This document shows positions 41,626 to 51,667 of a stretch of DNA of 64,000 nucleotides, piece after piece. Position 1 is the first letter of the stretch. Every line of letters starts with the position of its first letter. Origin of the DNA: an uncultured candidate division Zixibacteria bacterium. Lineage in GTDB: Bacteria; Zixibacteria; MSB-5A5; GN15; PGXB01. Below the pieces are notes generated by a model. It saw only the letters and a program-made list of their open reading frames with translations. It was not told the origin of the DNA and did not search any database. The stretch covers positions 960,001 through 1,024,000 of the forward strand of contig OY969724.1 in NCBI GenBank assembly GCA_963702205.1, read 5' to 3'. Both the position numbers and the translations under genes were made by a program.

Positions 41626-43551
41626 ATGGATAATACTGACAAACCCTTCGAACAACCCGACGATTCATTTCCAAAGCGCATTCGTATCGACCGGCGCGGC
41701 TGGATGCGACGGTTGTTTTCGTTTGTCGGTCCGGCCTATCTTATAAGTGTCGGCTATATGGACCCGGGCAACTGGGCCACCGACATCGAGGGCGGCGCCC
41801 GCTTCGGCTACACGCTGATCTGGGTCCTGCTCATGTCCAACCTTATGGCGGTTCTGCTCCAGACCCTGTCGGCCCGGCTCGGTATCGTTACCGGTCACGA
41901 TCTGGCACAGGCGTGCCGTCGGGAGTATCCTCGTATAGTTACCTATGCCCTCTGGGTGCTGGCCGAAATAGCCATCACTGCCACCGATCTGGCCGAGGCC
42001 ATCGGGACCATTGTCGGGCTGAACCTTTTGTTCAAAATTCCGCTCTATTGGGGTTGTCTGATTACAGCCCTCGATACTTTTTTATTCCTGGCTTTGCAGA
42101 GATTCGGCGTTCGGAAAATGGAGGCGTTCATTGTTATGCTGGTGGCGACCATCGGCGGTTGCTTTTTAATCGAGGTCTTTCTCGCCAAACCCGACTGGGG
42201 CCAGTGCGCGGCGGGTTTTATTCCGCATCTGTCGCCTTCGACTCTGTACATCAGCATCGGGATCATCGGCGCCACGGTCATGCCCCACAATTTATATCTG
42301 CACTCGTCTTTAGTGCAGTCGCGAAGCATATCCAATACGTACACCGGCAAGGCCGAAGCCTGCCGTTTTAATTTCCTTGATTCGGCCATCGCTCTCAACG
42401 CCGCGTTTTTTGTCAATGCCGCCATCCTCGTGACGGCGGCGGCCGATTTCTATTCGCGCGGCATTGTCGTAACCGAAATACAGCAGGCCCATTATATGCT
42501 CGATTCCGTACTCGGGTCGTCACTGGCGCCGGTCGCCTTCGCCATAGCTTTGCTGGCTGCCGGGCAAAGCTCGACCATTACCGGGACCATTTCCGGGCAG
42601 GTCGTCATGGAGGGATTTCTTAACCTCCGCATTTCGCCCTGGCTGAGGCGTTTGATCACCCGTGTTCTGGCCCTCGGCCCGGCCGTTGTGGTTATTGCCA
42701 TGACCGGTAACGAAGGGATCTATGGTCTTCTGGTTCTATCGCAAGTTGTCCTGAGCCTTCAGCTGCCATTTGCCGTTGTACCTCTCATTCACTTCACATC
42801 CGACCGCAAAATTATGGGCTCCTTTGCCAATAGATTTTGGGTGATTATTGCCTCGTGGGTAATCGCCGCAATTATCATAGCATTAAATCTAAAGCTGGTT
42901 TGGGATGAAATCTCCGCCTGGCTGACAAGCGGCGGTCTATTGTTATGGTTTATTATGATTCCTTTACTTATCGTTTTATTGGGTTTGCTGATCTATCTGA
43001 CCTACCGGGCCGTTGTCCGCAAGGATGTTCGTCGCGATTACCCGGTCGACGCCATGTCTGAAAACGTCGCCCGCAACATCAGGCCCGTGGCGATCAAGCG
43101 GATCGGGGCGGCCATTGAACATTCCGAGGGTGACGCCGCCATTATCTCCGCCGCATTGAACATGGCGCGTATTGAAAAGGCCGATCTGATCCTGATCCAC
43201 GTCGCCGATACGCCGAGTATTGCAGTCTACGGCAAAGAGGGAGGCGGATCGCACGTTTCATCCGACGAGCAGTATCTTGATCAGATTGCCGCCGAATTGA
43301 CCGATCAAAACGTCTCTGTGGCGACCGAACTGCGGTTCGGTAATGCTGTCGATGAGATTGTCAGTGCCGTCAAAGAAGCGTCGATCGACCTTTTGGTCAT
43401 GGGTTCTCATGGTCATAGCGGTTTGGCGGATATCGTTTTCGGGCAAACGGCGAGCGTCGTTCAGCACCGTGTTTCCATACCGGTTTATATCGTAAAGTCC
43501 AGCGGCCCGGAATCGAGGCTCCATGGTCTCGGCCAAACCGACGAAAGCTGA
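41626..43551 (+). CDS. mntH: NRAMP Mn2+/Fe2+ transporter fused to a C-terminal USP domain
   Basis: YMDPGN and VMPHNLYLH; C-terminal DLLVMGSHGH..G USP motif. Confidence 0.95.
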   Translation: MDNTDKPFEQPDDSFPKRIRIDRRGWMRRLFSFVGPAYLISVGYMDPGNWATDIEGGARFGYTLIWVLLMSNLMAVLLQTLSARLGIVTGHDLAQACRREYPRIVTYALWVLAEIAITATDLAEAIGTIVGLNLLFKIPLYWGCLITALDTFLFLALQRFGVRKMEAFIVMLVATIGGCFLIEVFLAKPDWGQCAAGFIPHLSPSTLYISIGIIGATVMPHNLYLHSSLVQSRSISNTYTGKAEACRFNFLDSAIALNAAFFVNAAILVTAAADFYSRGIVVTEIQQAHYMLDSVLGSSLAPVAFAIALLAAGQSSTITGTISGQVVMEGFLNLRISPWLRRLITRVLALGPAVVVIAMTGNEGIYGLLVLSQVVLSLQLPFAVVPLIHFTSDRKIMGSFANRFWVIIASWVIAAIIIALNLKLVWDEISAWLTSGGLLLWFIMIPLLIVLLGLLIYLTYRAVVRKDVRRDYPVDAMSENVARNIRPVAIKRIGAAIEHSEGDAAIISAALNMARIEKADLILIHVADTPSIAVYGKEGGGSHVSSDEQYLDQIAAELTDQNVSVATELRFGNAVDEIVSAVKEASIDLLVMGSHGHSGLADIVFGQTASVVQHRVSIPVYIVKSSGPESRLHGLGQTDES

Positions 43552-43598
43552 GTCCCGAATCCGGGCGGAATTGTGCAGTCCCGCTGTCGTTTATAAAA

Positions 43599-43619
43599 AT
43601 TCTTGAAATCGTCTAAATT
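43599..43619. promoter_or_regulatory. Candidate Irr/PerR-type operator upstream of the Fur-family gene
   Basis: TCTTGAA-ATC-GTCTAAA is an 11/14 match to TTTAGAA-N3-TTCTAAA. Confidence 0.4.
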
Positions 43620-43637
43620 AAGAACGTATCTCATAAT

Positions 43638-44039
43638 GTGGAAGAGATAATAAATACACTTCGCCATTGCGGGATTCAGCCGACCCCGCAAAGAATTGCC
43701 GTGGTTGATTACGTTTTGACAACCAAAGACCACCCGTCGGCCGATGACGTCCTCAAAATCGCCCGCAAGAAATGTCCGACGGTTTCCCGGGCTACGGTTT
43801 ATAATACCCTGAACCTTATGGTCAAAAAAGGACTGCTTACGACGCAGGTGCTCAGGGAAGGAACCGTGGTATTTGATCCGAATGTGAAAAACCACCATCA
43901 TTTCATCGACGACGACACCGGCCATATCGACGATATTCCATGGGATGCTCTGACCGTTGAATTAAAAGACAAACTGAGCGATTATGAAATTCATGACTTT
44001 CAGGTAATCATGCACGGCAAGAAGAAAGCCAAAAAGTAG
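43638..44039 (+). CDS. Fur-family regulator (Irr/PerR-like, no CxxC)
   Basis: TPQR, HPSA, SRATVYNTL and HHHF motifs. Confidence 0.93.
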   Translation: MEEIINTLRHCGIQPTPQRIAVVDYVLTTKDHPSADDVLKIARKKCPTVSRATVYNTLNLMVKKGLLTTQVLREGTVVFDPNVKNHHHFIDDDTGHIDDIPWDALTVELKDKLSDYEIHDFQVIMHGKKKAKK

Positions 44040-44117
44040 CTTTTTTAAGCGGCATTTATAATAGACCTGAATTCCAGATTCATCCATAAAGATCAATATT
44101 CGGAAAGTCGGAGAAAT

Positions 44118-44834
44118 TTACTTCAGGACGTAAATCACCCACGGTGCGATTTTGGTTTCGTTGATCCAATCGTACGGTTCGTCGTCCCGCGCCAGCGGTT
44201 TGTACGTCCTGACCGGTTCAATGCCGGATTTTCGATAAACATCGCGATAAGCATCATCGGTCCAGACGACGTCCTCGACCGGTCGTCGATCGTCGACGTC
44301 GGTCATGATTATTTTGACTTTGTCCCCGCTCCCGGCTTTACGGTTTTCCGGAAAATCTTTCGTGCTGAACGACGCCCATTCGTTGATATAAATGTCCGGT
44401 GAGGACACGAGGTTGACAAATGCACCACCGGGCCCAAGGAGCCGTTTGATTTCTTTCATGTTTCTGATTTTTTTGTATTCCGTTGGGATATTGTCAAACG
44501 TGAAAGCCGACAGCACCAGGTCGAACGTCGCCGAGTCAAACCGGCTCATGTCGCCGTCTTTGACGGCGAAATATTCCCCCTCCGGGTCGCGCTGCCGGGC
44601 GAGCTTGAGCATGTCTTCAGAAATATCAATCCCGACTGCACCGAAGCCGAGCTTTTTAAGAAACCGTGTGGAGCGTCCGGTTCCGCACCCGAAATCGAGA
44701 GCGTTCCTTCCGGTCACGTATTCAATTATAATTTCCGGCAAATCCCGGTAGGCCAGGTAGTACGTTCCGGGGAATTCGAGCTTGGCGTACGCCTCCGCCC
44801 GCCCGGCATCTTCATAAACATTATCGAATTGCAT
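44118..44834 (-). CDS. Class I SAM-dependent methyltransferase
   Basis: LDFGCGTG and GIDIS..ML motifs. Confidence 0.9.
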   Translation of the reverse strand: MQFDNVYEDAGRAEAYAKLEFPGTYYLAYRDLPEIIIEYVTGRNALDFGCGTGRSTRFLKKLGFGAVGIDISEDMLKLARQRDPEGEYFAVKDGDMSRFDSATFDLVLSAFTFDNIPTEYKKIRNMKEIKRLLGPGGAFVNLVSSPDIYINEWASFSTKDFPENRKAGSGDKVKIIMTDVDDRRPVEDVVWTDDAYRDVYRKSGIEPVRTYKPLARDDEPYDWINETKIAPWVIYVLK

Positions 44835-44983
44835 TGCAAACGCACGGTTAAAATAGTATTATCAATATCAATCTATATCTTCGTTTGAATTTGGACAACT
44901 GCAAACCGATTTGACACAAAGAATATTTATTGGATTTTATCGATTATGAAAAGTTATATTGAGTCGGGATTTAAGGAGGTTCC

Positions 44984-45715
44984 ATGATCGAACCGAAAGC
45001 CGCAGCGTTCACGTGCCCTATTTGCGGGCAGTCCAAACCCAGGTCCGAAGGTCGGTTGGCCGAGTTTATTCAAACCCCGGTCGGGGATTTGATTCGTAAG
45101 CAGCACCCGGACTGGGATTTGAATCATGTCATTTGTTTGTCATGCTTAAATCGCTTCCGGGCCGAATATGTTGAGGATTCTCTGGAGGCCCAGCGCGGGG
45201 AACTTTCAGCCGTCGAGGACGCCGTCATCAACAGTCTCAAAGAGCACGAACTCATCTCAAAAAACGTTGAAACTGAATTCGATACCAGGCTCTCTTTCGG
45301 TGATCGGGTCGCCGACCGGGTCGCCAATTTCGGTGGAAGCTGGAGATTCATAATTATTTTCGGATTGGTCCTGCTCGTTTGGATAGTGATAAATACGATT
45401 GTTTTGCTCCTTCGACCGTTCGACCCTTATCCGTTTATATTGCTGAATTTGATTCTTTCGTGCCTGGCGGCACTGCAAGCTCCGATCATCATGATGAGCC
45501 AGAACCGTCAGGAGGCCAAAGACAGGCTGCGCTCCGAACACGATTATCAGATAAATCTAAAGGCTGAAATCGAAATCCGCCAGTTGCATGTCAAGCTCGA
45601 CCAGTTGATAAATCATTCCTGGCAGCGCCTGCTCGAAATCCAGAAAATCCAGACCGATTTGATACAGGATCTGGCCCAGCGCGACGACGGCGAAGATAAT
45701 CGGTCTCAGAAATAG
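44984..45715 (+). CDS. DUF1003 membrane protein with N-terminal CxxC pair
   Basis: FGGSW.F, FDPYPFILLNL and APIIMMSQNRQ motifs. Confidence 0.93.
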   Translation: MIEPKAAAFTCPICGQSKPRSEGRLAEFIQTPVGDLIRKQHPDWDLNHVICLSCLNRFRAEYVEDSLEAQRGELSAVEDAVINSLKEHELISKNVETEFDTRLSFGDRVADRVANFGGSWRFIIIFGLVLLVWIVINTIVLLLRPFDPYPFILLNLILSCLAALQAPIIMMSQNRQEAKDRLRSEHDYQINLKAEIEIRQLHVKLDQLINHSWQRLLEIQKIQTDLIQDLAQRDDGEDNRSQK

Positions 45716-45737
45716 TCCCTCTCGACAATGGCACCAT

Positions 45738-45767
45738 AAAAAAAAGGCCACCTTGCGGCGGCCTTTT
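45738..45767. terminator. Bidirectional intrinsic terminator
   Basis: A8-GGCC..GGCCTTTT between convergent genes. Confidence 0.7.
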
Positions 45768-45780
45768 ACATTGAACTGAT

Positions 45781-48318
45781 TTACGGGCAGATCGGGGCCG
45801 GGCCCTGTGGTGAACCGTAGAGGTGTTCGATCAAGTACAAAATATCCAGAAGGTTGACCAGTCCGTCGGCATTGACATCCCCGGATTCCAGGGGTTCGGG
45901 TGCCGGTCCGGCCGGATCGTCATAGAGGTAGGAGATCAGGTACAGTATATCAACCAGGTTGACTGATTCATCACCGCTGGGATCGCCGCAGACATAAGCC
46001 GGTGCGATCGGTCCCAGGCCCCAGGAATCGAGTGAAAACTGCGCGCCGCCTTCGGGCACGTGGATACTAATCGTCCCCGGTGCCGATGGCGGAATAGCTC
46101 CCAGCTTAAGAGTGTATTCACCGGGTTCGGTAAGAGTTATTGTACCCAGCGGGAATTCCGCACCCGGACATTCCACCGCAATCGGGCCCGGCGAGGCCAG
46201 ATCGAGCGCTTCTAATTTTATTTGCACGTCGTTCCAGTACTCGTTGGGTGTCACCGTGAAATGAACGGTCAAATCGGTGCAGCCGCCGGTAAAGTCGGGC
46301 GAGAAAAAGGCGGGCTGAGCCGAAGTATTAAAGCCCTCTTCGTCAATTCCGAAAATTTCTATCGGACCGGTCAGGGCCGGGTTGAATTCAGCGAAACTGC
46401 TATCGTGGCCGCCGACCGAAAAACCGGCATAATCGGCCGGATTGGAGAGCGCCTCGGGCGACGTCTGGCTCGGGAACGACTCAGCCATGACATTAAACGG
46501 ACTGTTGTCGTCGCTTTCAATCCAGAGCGATAAGGCCTGGATTCCCGAGCCGAGTATGACTCGATCTTCGTTACCCGGTGTGAAACCGGCAGTGCCCGGG
46601 ACGTTCCAGTTGAAGATTTTTATCCGGGTCCGACTGCCATCGGGTTCTTCGTTCCAAACCGTGACATGCCCGTGACCGAGGCCCGCGCCAAATTTCAAAT
46701 CGGTCTGACCGCCCGCCGGGACCAAGGCATGTTTCCACTCGCCCTGGTTTTTAAACGGGAACGAAACGTAGCTGCGGCTGCCCTCGGCAATAGCCGCCGC
46801 GAGTTTGGCGATTTCATCCGCAATCTTCTGGATGTCGTCCTGAAGCTTGGCTTTTTTTCGGGCGTTGGTGGTCGTATCCGCTATCGCCTGCCGTTTGTCT
46901 CTTCGTGAGATCGCGTCGGCCTTGAGTTTTTGAAGATAACGAGCGTACGCGGCTTTGGCCGAATCGACCGCCGTCTCATAGGGATCACCCGCCCTCAGGC
47001 GCGCGAGCTTGGCCTTAAGATATTCGCTCCCGGTCGGACCGAAATAACTGTCGCCGTGATCGGCCGCCGAGTTTTCGTGCACCTCGGTCGAATCTTTTAG
47101 ATCGAGGTTTTTGAGAGTGTCTATTATATCGCCGCCGTGGCATAAAGTCAGCTCATCGTACATAACGTCGAGACTCGAATCTATCAGCTGTTGTATTGCC
47201 ACCCTCAGCGACTCGGGAAACATAGACGTCGCCTGACCATCCGGATCTTTGCCCATCAGGCCGATAAATCCGCCGGGAGCGCCGTGGTTGGAAATCATCT
47301 TCTGGAACGTATTCTTTTTATGCTGTCGGCCGCACTCGGCAATCTTGTGCGAAATTTCATTGAATATCGTTTTGATCGTATCGCTGTTGGCCGGGTGGAC
47401 GTTGGCGTCGGAGATGGCCGTGGAACTGTCGCTCTTGCCGTCAAAATAAACCATATAGACGTTGTCCGGGCAGTACTGGCCGCCGCTGTCCGATGGATCG
47501 ACCTTATATTTATAGGTATTGAGAAGGTCCTGCCAGAAATACGGCGCGTTCTGGGCCGAGTCTATCCCGCCGCTTAAAAGGAAGGCGAATTTACAGGAGT
47601 CGCAGCCGACCTTGTCGAACGGACCGGGCGGGGCCGGAAAATCGAGAGGCGGCGTCGAAATCGTATCGCCTCCCGTGTCGATATATTCATAAGACGTGGC
47701 CGTGAAAATGGCGTAAGCCGAATCACTCAATGCGTTTTCCGTCGCGTTCTTGGAGACGGTGCCGCTGACGATCATCGCTCCGCCATACCAGTACGCTGTA
47801 TCCGGCAGAGACCCGTCGAGAAACATCATCGTCCCCTCATCCATCGGTTGGCCCTGCATACGCCGGTAGTACTGCGTCACGAGTCGCGGGTCCTGCTCGG
47901 AACAGAACTCCCCGAAAACCTTTATCTCCCCGGCGCTCACCAGGTTGTCAATATCATCGTAAACCTCGGGGATGCTGTAAATCTGGTCGAGCGGCGCGAC
48001 CGTCAGCGTGCCGACCATCGACGTGTGAATATTGCAATGGTAAGGAAAAACGCCGGCCGTCGAAAACGTCCTCTGATAGACGCCGCCGGGGCTTATCGTT
48101 CCTGAATCCCAGACGCCGAGATCGGACGTGCTCGTGTGCGGAACCGGGTCGTTGTTGGTCCAGCGCATAACCGTCCCGGTATCGATGATCAGGCTTTGCG
48201 GCATAAATGAAAAACTTTCGATCGAGATGTCGACCGTCTCGGCGAACGCCGCGGTCGCGAATATGATCGATAGAATAAAAATAACCCCCTGGACGGCTTG
48301 GCGATAGCTTCGGCTCAA
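45781..48318 (-). CDS. Secreted multidomain protein: type-1 cupredoxin, putative clan CD peptidase domain, dockerin-like repeats
   Basis: WTNND..PH..YHCNIHTSM; SNHG and LCHGG; two GD..D..VN..DILYLI repeats. Confidence 0.8.
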   Translation of the reverse strand: MSRSYRQAVQGVIFILSIIFATAAFAETVDISIESFSFMPQSLIIDTGTVMRWTNNDPVPHTSTSDLGVWDSGTISPGGVYQRTFSTAGVFPYHCNIHTSMVGTLTVAPLDQIYSIPEVYDDIDNLVSAGEIKVFGEFCSEQDPRLVTQYYRRMQGQPMDEGTMMFLDGSLPDTAYWYGGAMIVSGTVSKNATENALSDSAYAIFTATSYEYIDTGGDTISTPPLDFPAPPGPFDKVGCDSCKFAFLLSGGIDSAQNAPYFWQDLLNTYKYKVDPSDSGGQYCPDNVYMVYFDGKSDSSTAISDANVHPANSDTIKTIFNEISHKIAECGRQHKKNTFQKMISNHGAPGGFIGLMGKDPDGQATSMFPESLRVAIQQLIDSSLDVMYDELTLCHGGDIIDTLKNLDLKDSTEVHENSAADHGDSYFGPTGSEYLKAKLARLRAGDPYETAVDSAKAAYARYLQKLKADAISRRDKRQAIADTTTNARKKAKLQDDIQKIADEIAKLAAAIAEGSRSYVSFPFKNQGEWKHALVPAGGQTDLKFGAGLGHGHVTVWNEEPDGSRTRIKIFNWNVPGTAGFTPGNEDRVILGSGIQALSLWIESDDNSPFNVMAESFPSQTSPEALSNPADYAGFSVGGHDSSFAEFNPALTGPIEIFGIDEEGFNTSAQPAFFSPDFTGGCTDLTVHFTVTPNEYWNDVQIKLEALDLASPGPIAVECPGAEFPLGTITLTEPGEYTLKLGAIPPSAPGTISIHVPEGGAQFSLDSWGLGPIAPAYVCGDPSGDESVNLVDILYLISYLYDDPAGPAPEPLESGDVNADGLVNLLDILYLIEHLYGSPQGPAPICP

Positions 48319-48507
48319 AACTGACCTCCGTTTATTCTTTAAGATTCTTTCGGCCCGGACGGTGATCGTCCCGGCCCTTCCTTTTCGACGTCAATGGCAC
48401 GCCGCAAGGTGGAAATCGCGAAGACCGTCGGTGGCGGCGTATTTAGTTTTTCGCCATGAATTTCGGCGACCGGCTGGACGCTCCTGTGTTCCGGCCGGAT
48501 CGCGAAT

Positions 48508-48526
48508 ATGGATATAATATATCCAT
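48508..48526. promoter_or_regulatory. Perfect 9-1-9 palindrome, candidate operator
   Basis: ATGGATATA-A-TATATCCAT in the divergent intergenic region. Confidence 0.55.
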
Positions 48527-48710
48527 GAAGCCAAATTATACAAGGAATTTTTTTTCGAGACGGCGGCCGGGACGCACCGCCCCCGGCCCAGGGACCGGAA
48601 CCAAACCGCTGCCGAAATCGTTTAAGCCTATGACGACCTCTATAATGGACAAAACGGATCGAAATAATTAGCTATTACGCCGCCCCCGAAGGGCGGCCGG
48701 GATTAGTCCG

Positions 48711-50867
48711 ATGTTTATGCGCTGCAATCGAATAAGAAATATATCTTTGTTTTTCGGAATCCTGATACTGACGGCATTTTTGTCGGCGTCCACCGTCCAG
48801 GCCGGTCCCGTGCCGGTGGGGCATGTCGAAGCCGAATTAGTGTCGGAGATGATGTCCATCGCGCCGGGGCAGCCGTTCTGGGTCGGGCTGCATCTGAACC
48901 TCGATCCCGACTGGCACGTCTACTGGCGCAATCCCGGTGACGCCGGGACTCCGCCCAAACTGACCTGGCAGCTTCCCGATGGCTTCCGGACCGGCGAAAT
49001 TCAATGGCCGGTGCCCGATAGAATCGTCCAGCCGCCCCTGGTGGATTTTGGATATAATGGTGAAGTCCTGCTGCCCGTCCAAATATTTCCGCCCGCCAAT
49101 TTGAAGCCGGGAGAAAAAATAAACCTCCAAGTCAAGGCTTCGTGGCTGGTCTGCCGGGAAGTCTGTGTCCCCGGCGATGCCGACCTGAGCCTGCAGCTTC
49201 CGGTTGTTTCCGGCGATATGACCGTCAACGATAAAACAAACAGACTTTTCGCCCGAACCCGCAACCATCTTCCGGTCACCATGCCCGATTGGCGTCTGTC
49301 CGCCAATGTCGAAAGCGACGGTTATGCCATCAATATTCAACCCCCCGATTGGTTTAGAGGACCGCTTGATTCTATTGACTTTTATCCCTACAATAAAATG
49401 ATCCTGGACTATATGGCCGCGCCACAAATTGACTCGACTGATTCAGGCTTTGCGCTTCATCTTAAAAAGTCACACTACCAGATGCAGTCGGCAGATACCC
49501 TGCGGGGGATTCTGGTCAATCCGCATGGTTGGCGCGGGGACGGGTCCGAGACGGCCATTGCCGTCAGTATTCCTGTTGGGGTCAATAAAGATATCTCCGG
49601 TGTGGCAATTGCGGCTTCGACCGGCCTTAACAACCTGTGGCTGGCGCTGTTGTTCGCCTTCCTGGGCGGCATGATTTTAAACCTTATGCCGTGTGTCCTG
49701 CCGGTGCTGTCCATAAAAATCCTCAGCTTCGTTAAAGAAGCCGGAGATCATGGGGGACGGTCCCTGTCCGGCGGACTGATGTTTTCGGCCGGGATTCTGG
49801 TTTCGTTCTGGATTCTGGCCGGGACGTTAATCGCCTTGCGCGCCGGTGGCGAACAGCTGGGCTGGGGCTTCCAGTTACAGTCGCCAATCTTCTTGACCAT
49901 CCTGGCGTCGTTTATTTTCCTGTTCGGATTGAGCCTGCTGGGCGTGTTTGAAATCGGCACGTCGCTGACCGGAGCAGGTAATCTCGCAACATCCCGCCAC
50001 GGCAAAATGAGTTCGTTCCTGAGTGGAGTGACCGCGGTCGTGGTGGCGACACCCTGCACGGCGCCGTTTATGGGTTCGGCGCTTGGTTACGCCCTGTCCC
50101 AATCCTATTTTGTATCGCTGGCGATTTTCTCGGCCCTCGGACTGGGGCTGGCGCTGCCGTACGTTGTCTTGTCGGCTTCGCCGCGCCTGATGCGGTTTGT
50201 CCCGCGTCCCGGCCCATGGATGGAAACCCTCAAGCATATCATGGGATTTTTGCTCATGGCCACCGTCGTCTGGCTGGCGTGGGTTCTGGCGCTGCAGGCG
50301 GGAGCCACGGCTATCGCGCTGTTTTTGATGGGCCTGGTTCTGCTCGGTGTCGGGGCATGGCTCTGGGGCCGCTGGGGAACGCCGGTCACGACCGGACGAC
50401 TTAAAGTCGCGGCGCGCGTCCTGACCGTCTTCTTTTTGCTGTCTGGTTTCGGAGTAGGATTGTACGGCACCAGTTTCGATGTACCTCTCGCAACCAAAAG
50501 CGACAACGTCGATGGGCTGGCGTGGGAATCATTTTCACAGGAAAAGCTCGATCAACTGACCGCTTCCGGTCAGCCGGTCTTTGTCGATTTCACCGCCGCG
50601 TGGTGTTTGAGCTGTCAGGTCAACGAAAAGGTCGCCCTCGACTCGAAAGACGTCGTGAAGAAATTCGAAGAGCTCGGTGTGGCCACGCTCAAGGCCGACT
50701 GGACGTCGTACAACGAAGAAATCACCAGAGCTCTGGCCGAGCATGGCCGCAACAGTGTCCCGCTGTATGTACTATATATAAAAGGTAAAACCGATTCACC
50801 TATAATACTGCCGGAAATCCTCACCCCCGGCGTGGTCTTGAAAGCACTGGAAAACATCAAAAGCTGA
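48711..50867 (+). CDS. dsbD: DsbD/ScsB-family thiol:disulfide interchange protein
   Basis: WHVYWRNPGD..C.EVC, NLMPCVLP, TPCTAP and WCLSC motifs. Confidence 0.93.
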   Translation: MFMRCNRIRNISLFFGILILTAFLSASTVQAGPVPVGHVEAELVSEMMSIAPGQPFWVGLHLNLDPDWHVYWRNPGDAGTPPKLTWQLPDGFRTGEIQWPVPDRIVQPPLVDFGYNGEVLLPVQIFPPANLKPGEKINLQVKASWLVCREVCVPGDADLSLQLPVVSGDMTVNDKTNRLFARTRNHLPVTMPDWRLSANVESDGYAINIQPPDWFRGPLDSIDFYPYNKMILDYMAAPQIDSTDSGFALHLKKSHYQMQSADTLRGILVNPHGWRGDGSETAIAVSIPVGVNKDISGVAIAASTGLNNLWLALLFAFLGGMILNLMPCVLPVLSIKILSFVKEAGDHGGRSLSGGLMFSAGILVSFWILAGTLIALRAGGEQLGWGFQLQSPIFLTILASFIFLFGLSLLGVFEIGTSLTGAGNLATSRHGKMSSFLSGVTAVVVATPCTAPFMGSALGYALSQSYFVSLAIFSALGLGLALPYVVLSASPRLMRFVPRPGPWMETLKHIMGFLLMATVVWLAWVLALQAGATAIALFLMGLVLLGVGAWLWGRWGTPVTTGRLKVAARVLTVFFLLSGFGVGLYGTSFDVPLATKSDNVDGLAWESFSQEKLDQLTASGQPVFVDFTAAWCLSCQVNEKVALDSKDVVKKFEELGVATLKADWTSYNEEITRALAEHGRNSVPLYVLYIKGKTDSPIILPEILTPGVVLKALENIKS

Positions 50868-50932
50868 CGACACCGCACGCTCACCGGTGACGTCGGTCGA
50901 AAAGAGCACGTGAGCAGGGGAGACGAACGAAT

Positions 50933-51598
50933 ATGAAGATTTACAAACTGTTGGGTGTCGCGGTGTTCGGGATAATCCTGACGGCATCGTTGGCGGTGCA
51001 TGCCGGAAACGACAAGCCCGCCACCAAAGGCGAGACAGAACCTATGTCGACCATGGCCATGGCCGAGATCGGTCAGAAGGCCCCCGATTTTACCCTTACG
51101 GGTGCCGATGGCAAGGAATATTCCTTGAGCGACTTTAAGGGTAAGTACATCGTGCTGGAATGGATCAATTTCGATTGTCCGTTCGTGAAGAACCAGTACG
51201 GAACCAATAACATGCAGACTCTGCAGTCCCAATACGTCAAAAAAGGCGTGGTCTGGCTATCGATCTGCTCTTCCGCGCCGGGTAAACAGGGCAATTTCAC
51301 GGGGGAGGCACTCGACCACCGCATTGCCTCGGTGAAGTCGATGGCTACGGCTTATCTGGTCGACGCCGACGGCAAAGTGGGCCGGATGTACGGTGCCAAG
51401 ACGACACCGGATATGTATATAATCAATCCCGAAGGTATGTTGATTTATGCCGGCGGTATCGACGATACCCCGTCGACTAAACCGTCAGAGCTGGAAGGCG
51501 CGCACAATTACGTCAGCGCCGCGCTCGACGCCGCCATGAACGGCAAGCCGGTCTCCAATGCGGTGACGGCTTCCTATGGTTGTGCCGTGAAATACTAA
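50933..51598 (+). CDS. Exported redoxin/peroxiredoxin-like protein
   Basis: APDFTL, EW.N.DCPFV, YGAKTTP and YGC.VKY motifs. Confidence 0.9.
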   Translation: MKIYKLLGVAVFGIILTASLAVHAGNDKPATKGETEPMSTMAMAEIGQKAPDFTLTGADGKEYSLSDFKGKYIVLEWINFDCPFVKNQYGTNNMQTLQSQYVKKGVVWLSICSSAPGKQGNFTGEALDHRIASVKSMATAYLVDADGKVGRMYGAKTTPDMYIINPEGMLIYAGGIDDTPSTKPSELEGAHNYVSAALDAAMNGKPVSNAVTASYGCAVKY

Positions 51599-51631
51599 GA
51601 CACGAAATCATTGATTCCGAATAAACCAAGT

Positions 51632-51667
51632 ACCGCCCCGAGAACGGTATTCCGGGGCGGTTTTTTT
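51632..51667 (+). terminator. Intrinsic terminator
   Basis: ACCGCCCCG / CGGGGCGGT stem followed by a T run. Confidence 0.85.

Noticed and set aside
44055..44080. Possible second Fur/PerR box downstream of the regulator
   Set aside because: Too degenerate, and no co-oriented gene follows
48330..48500. Possible structured RNA upstream of the cupredoxin fusion
   Set aside because: Only short GC stems and no identifiable family motif
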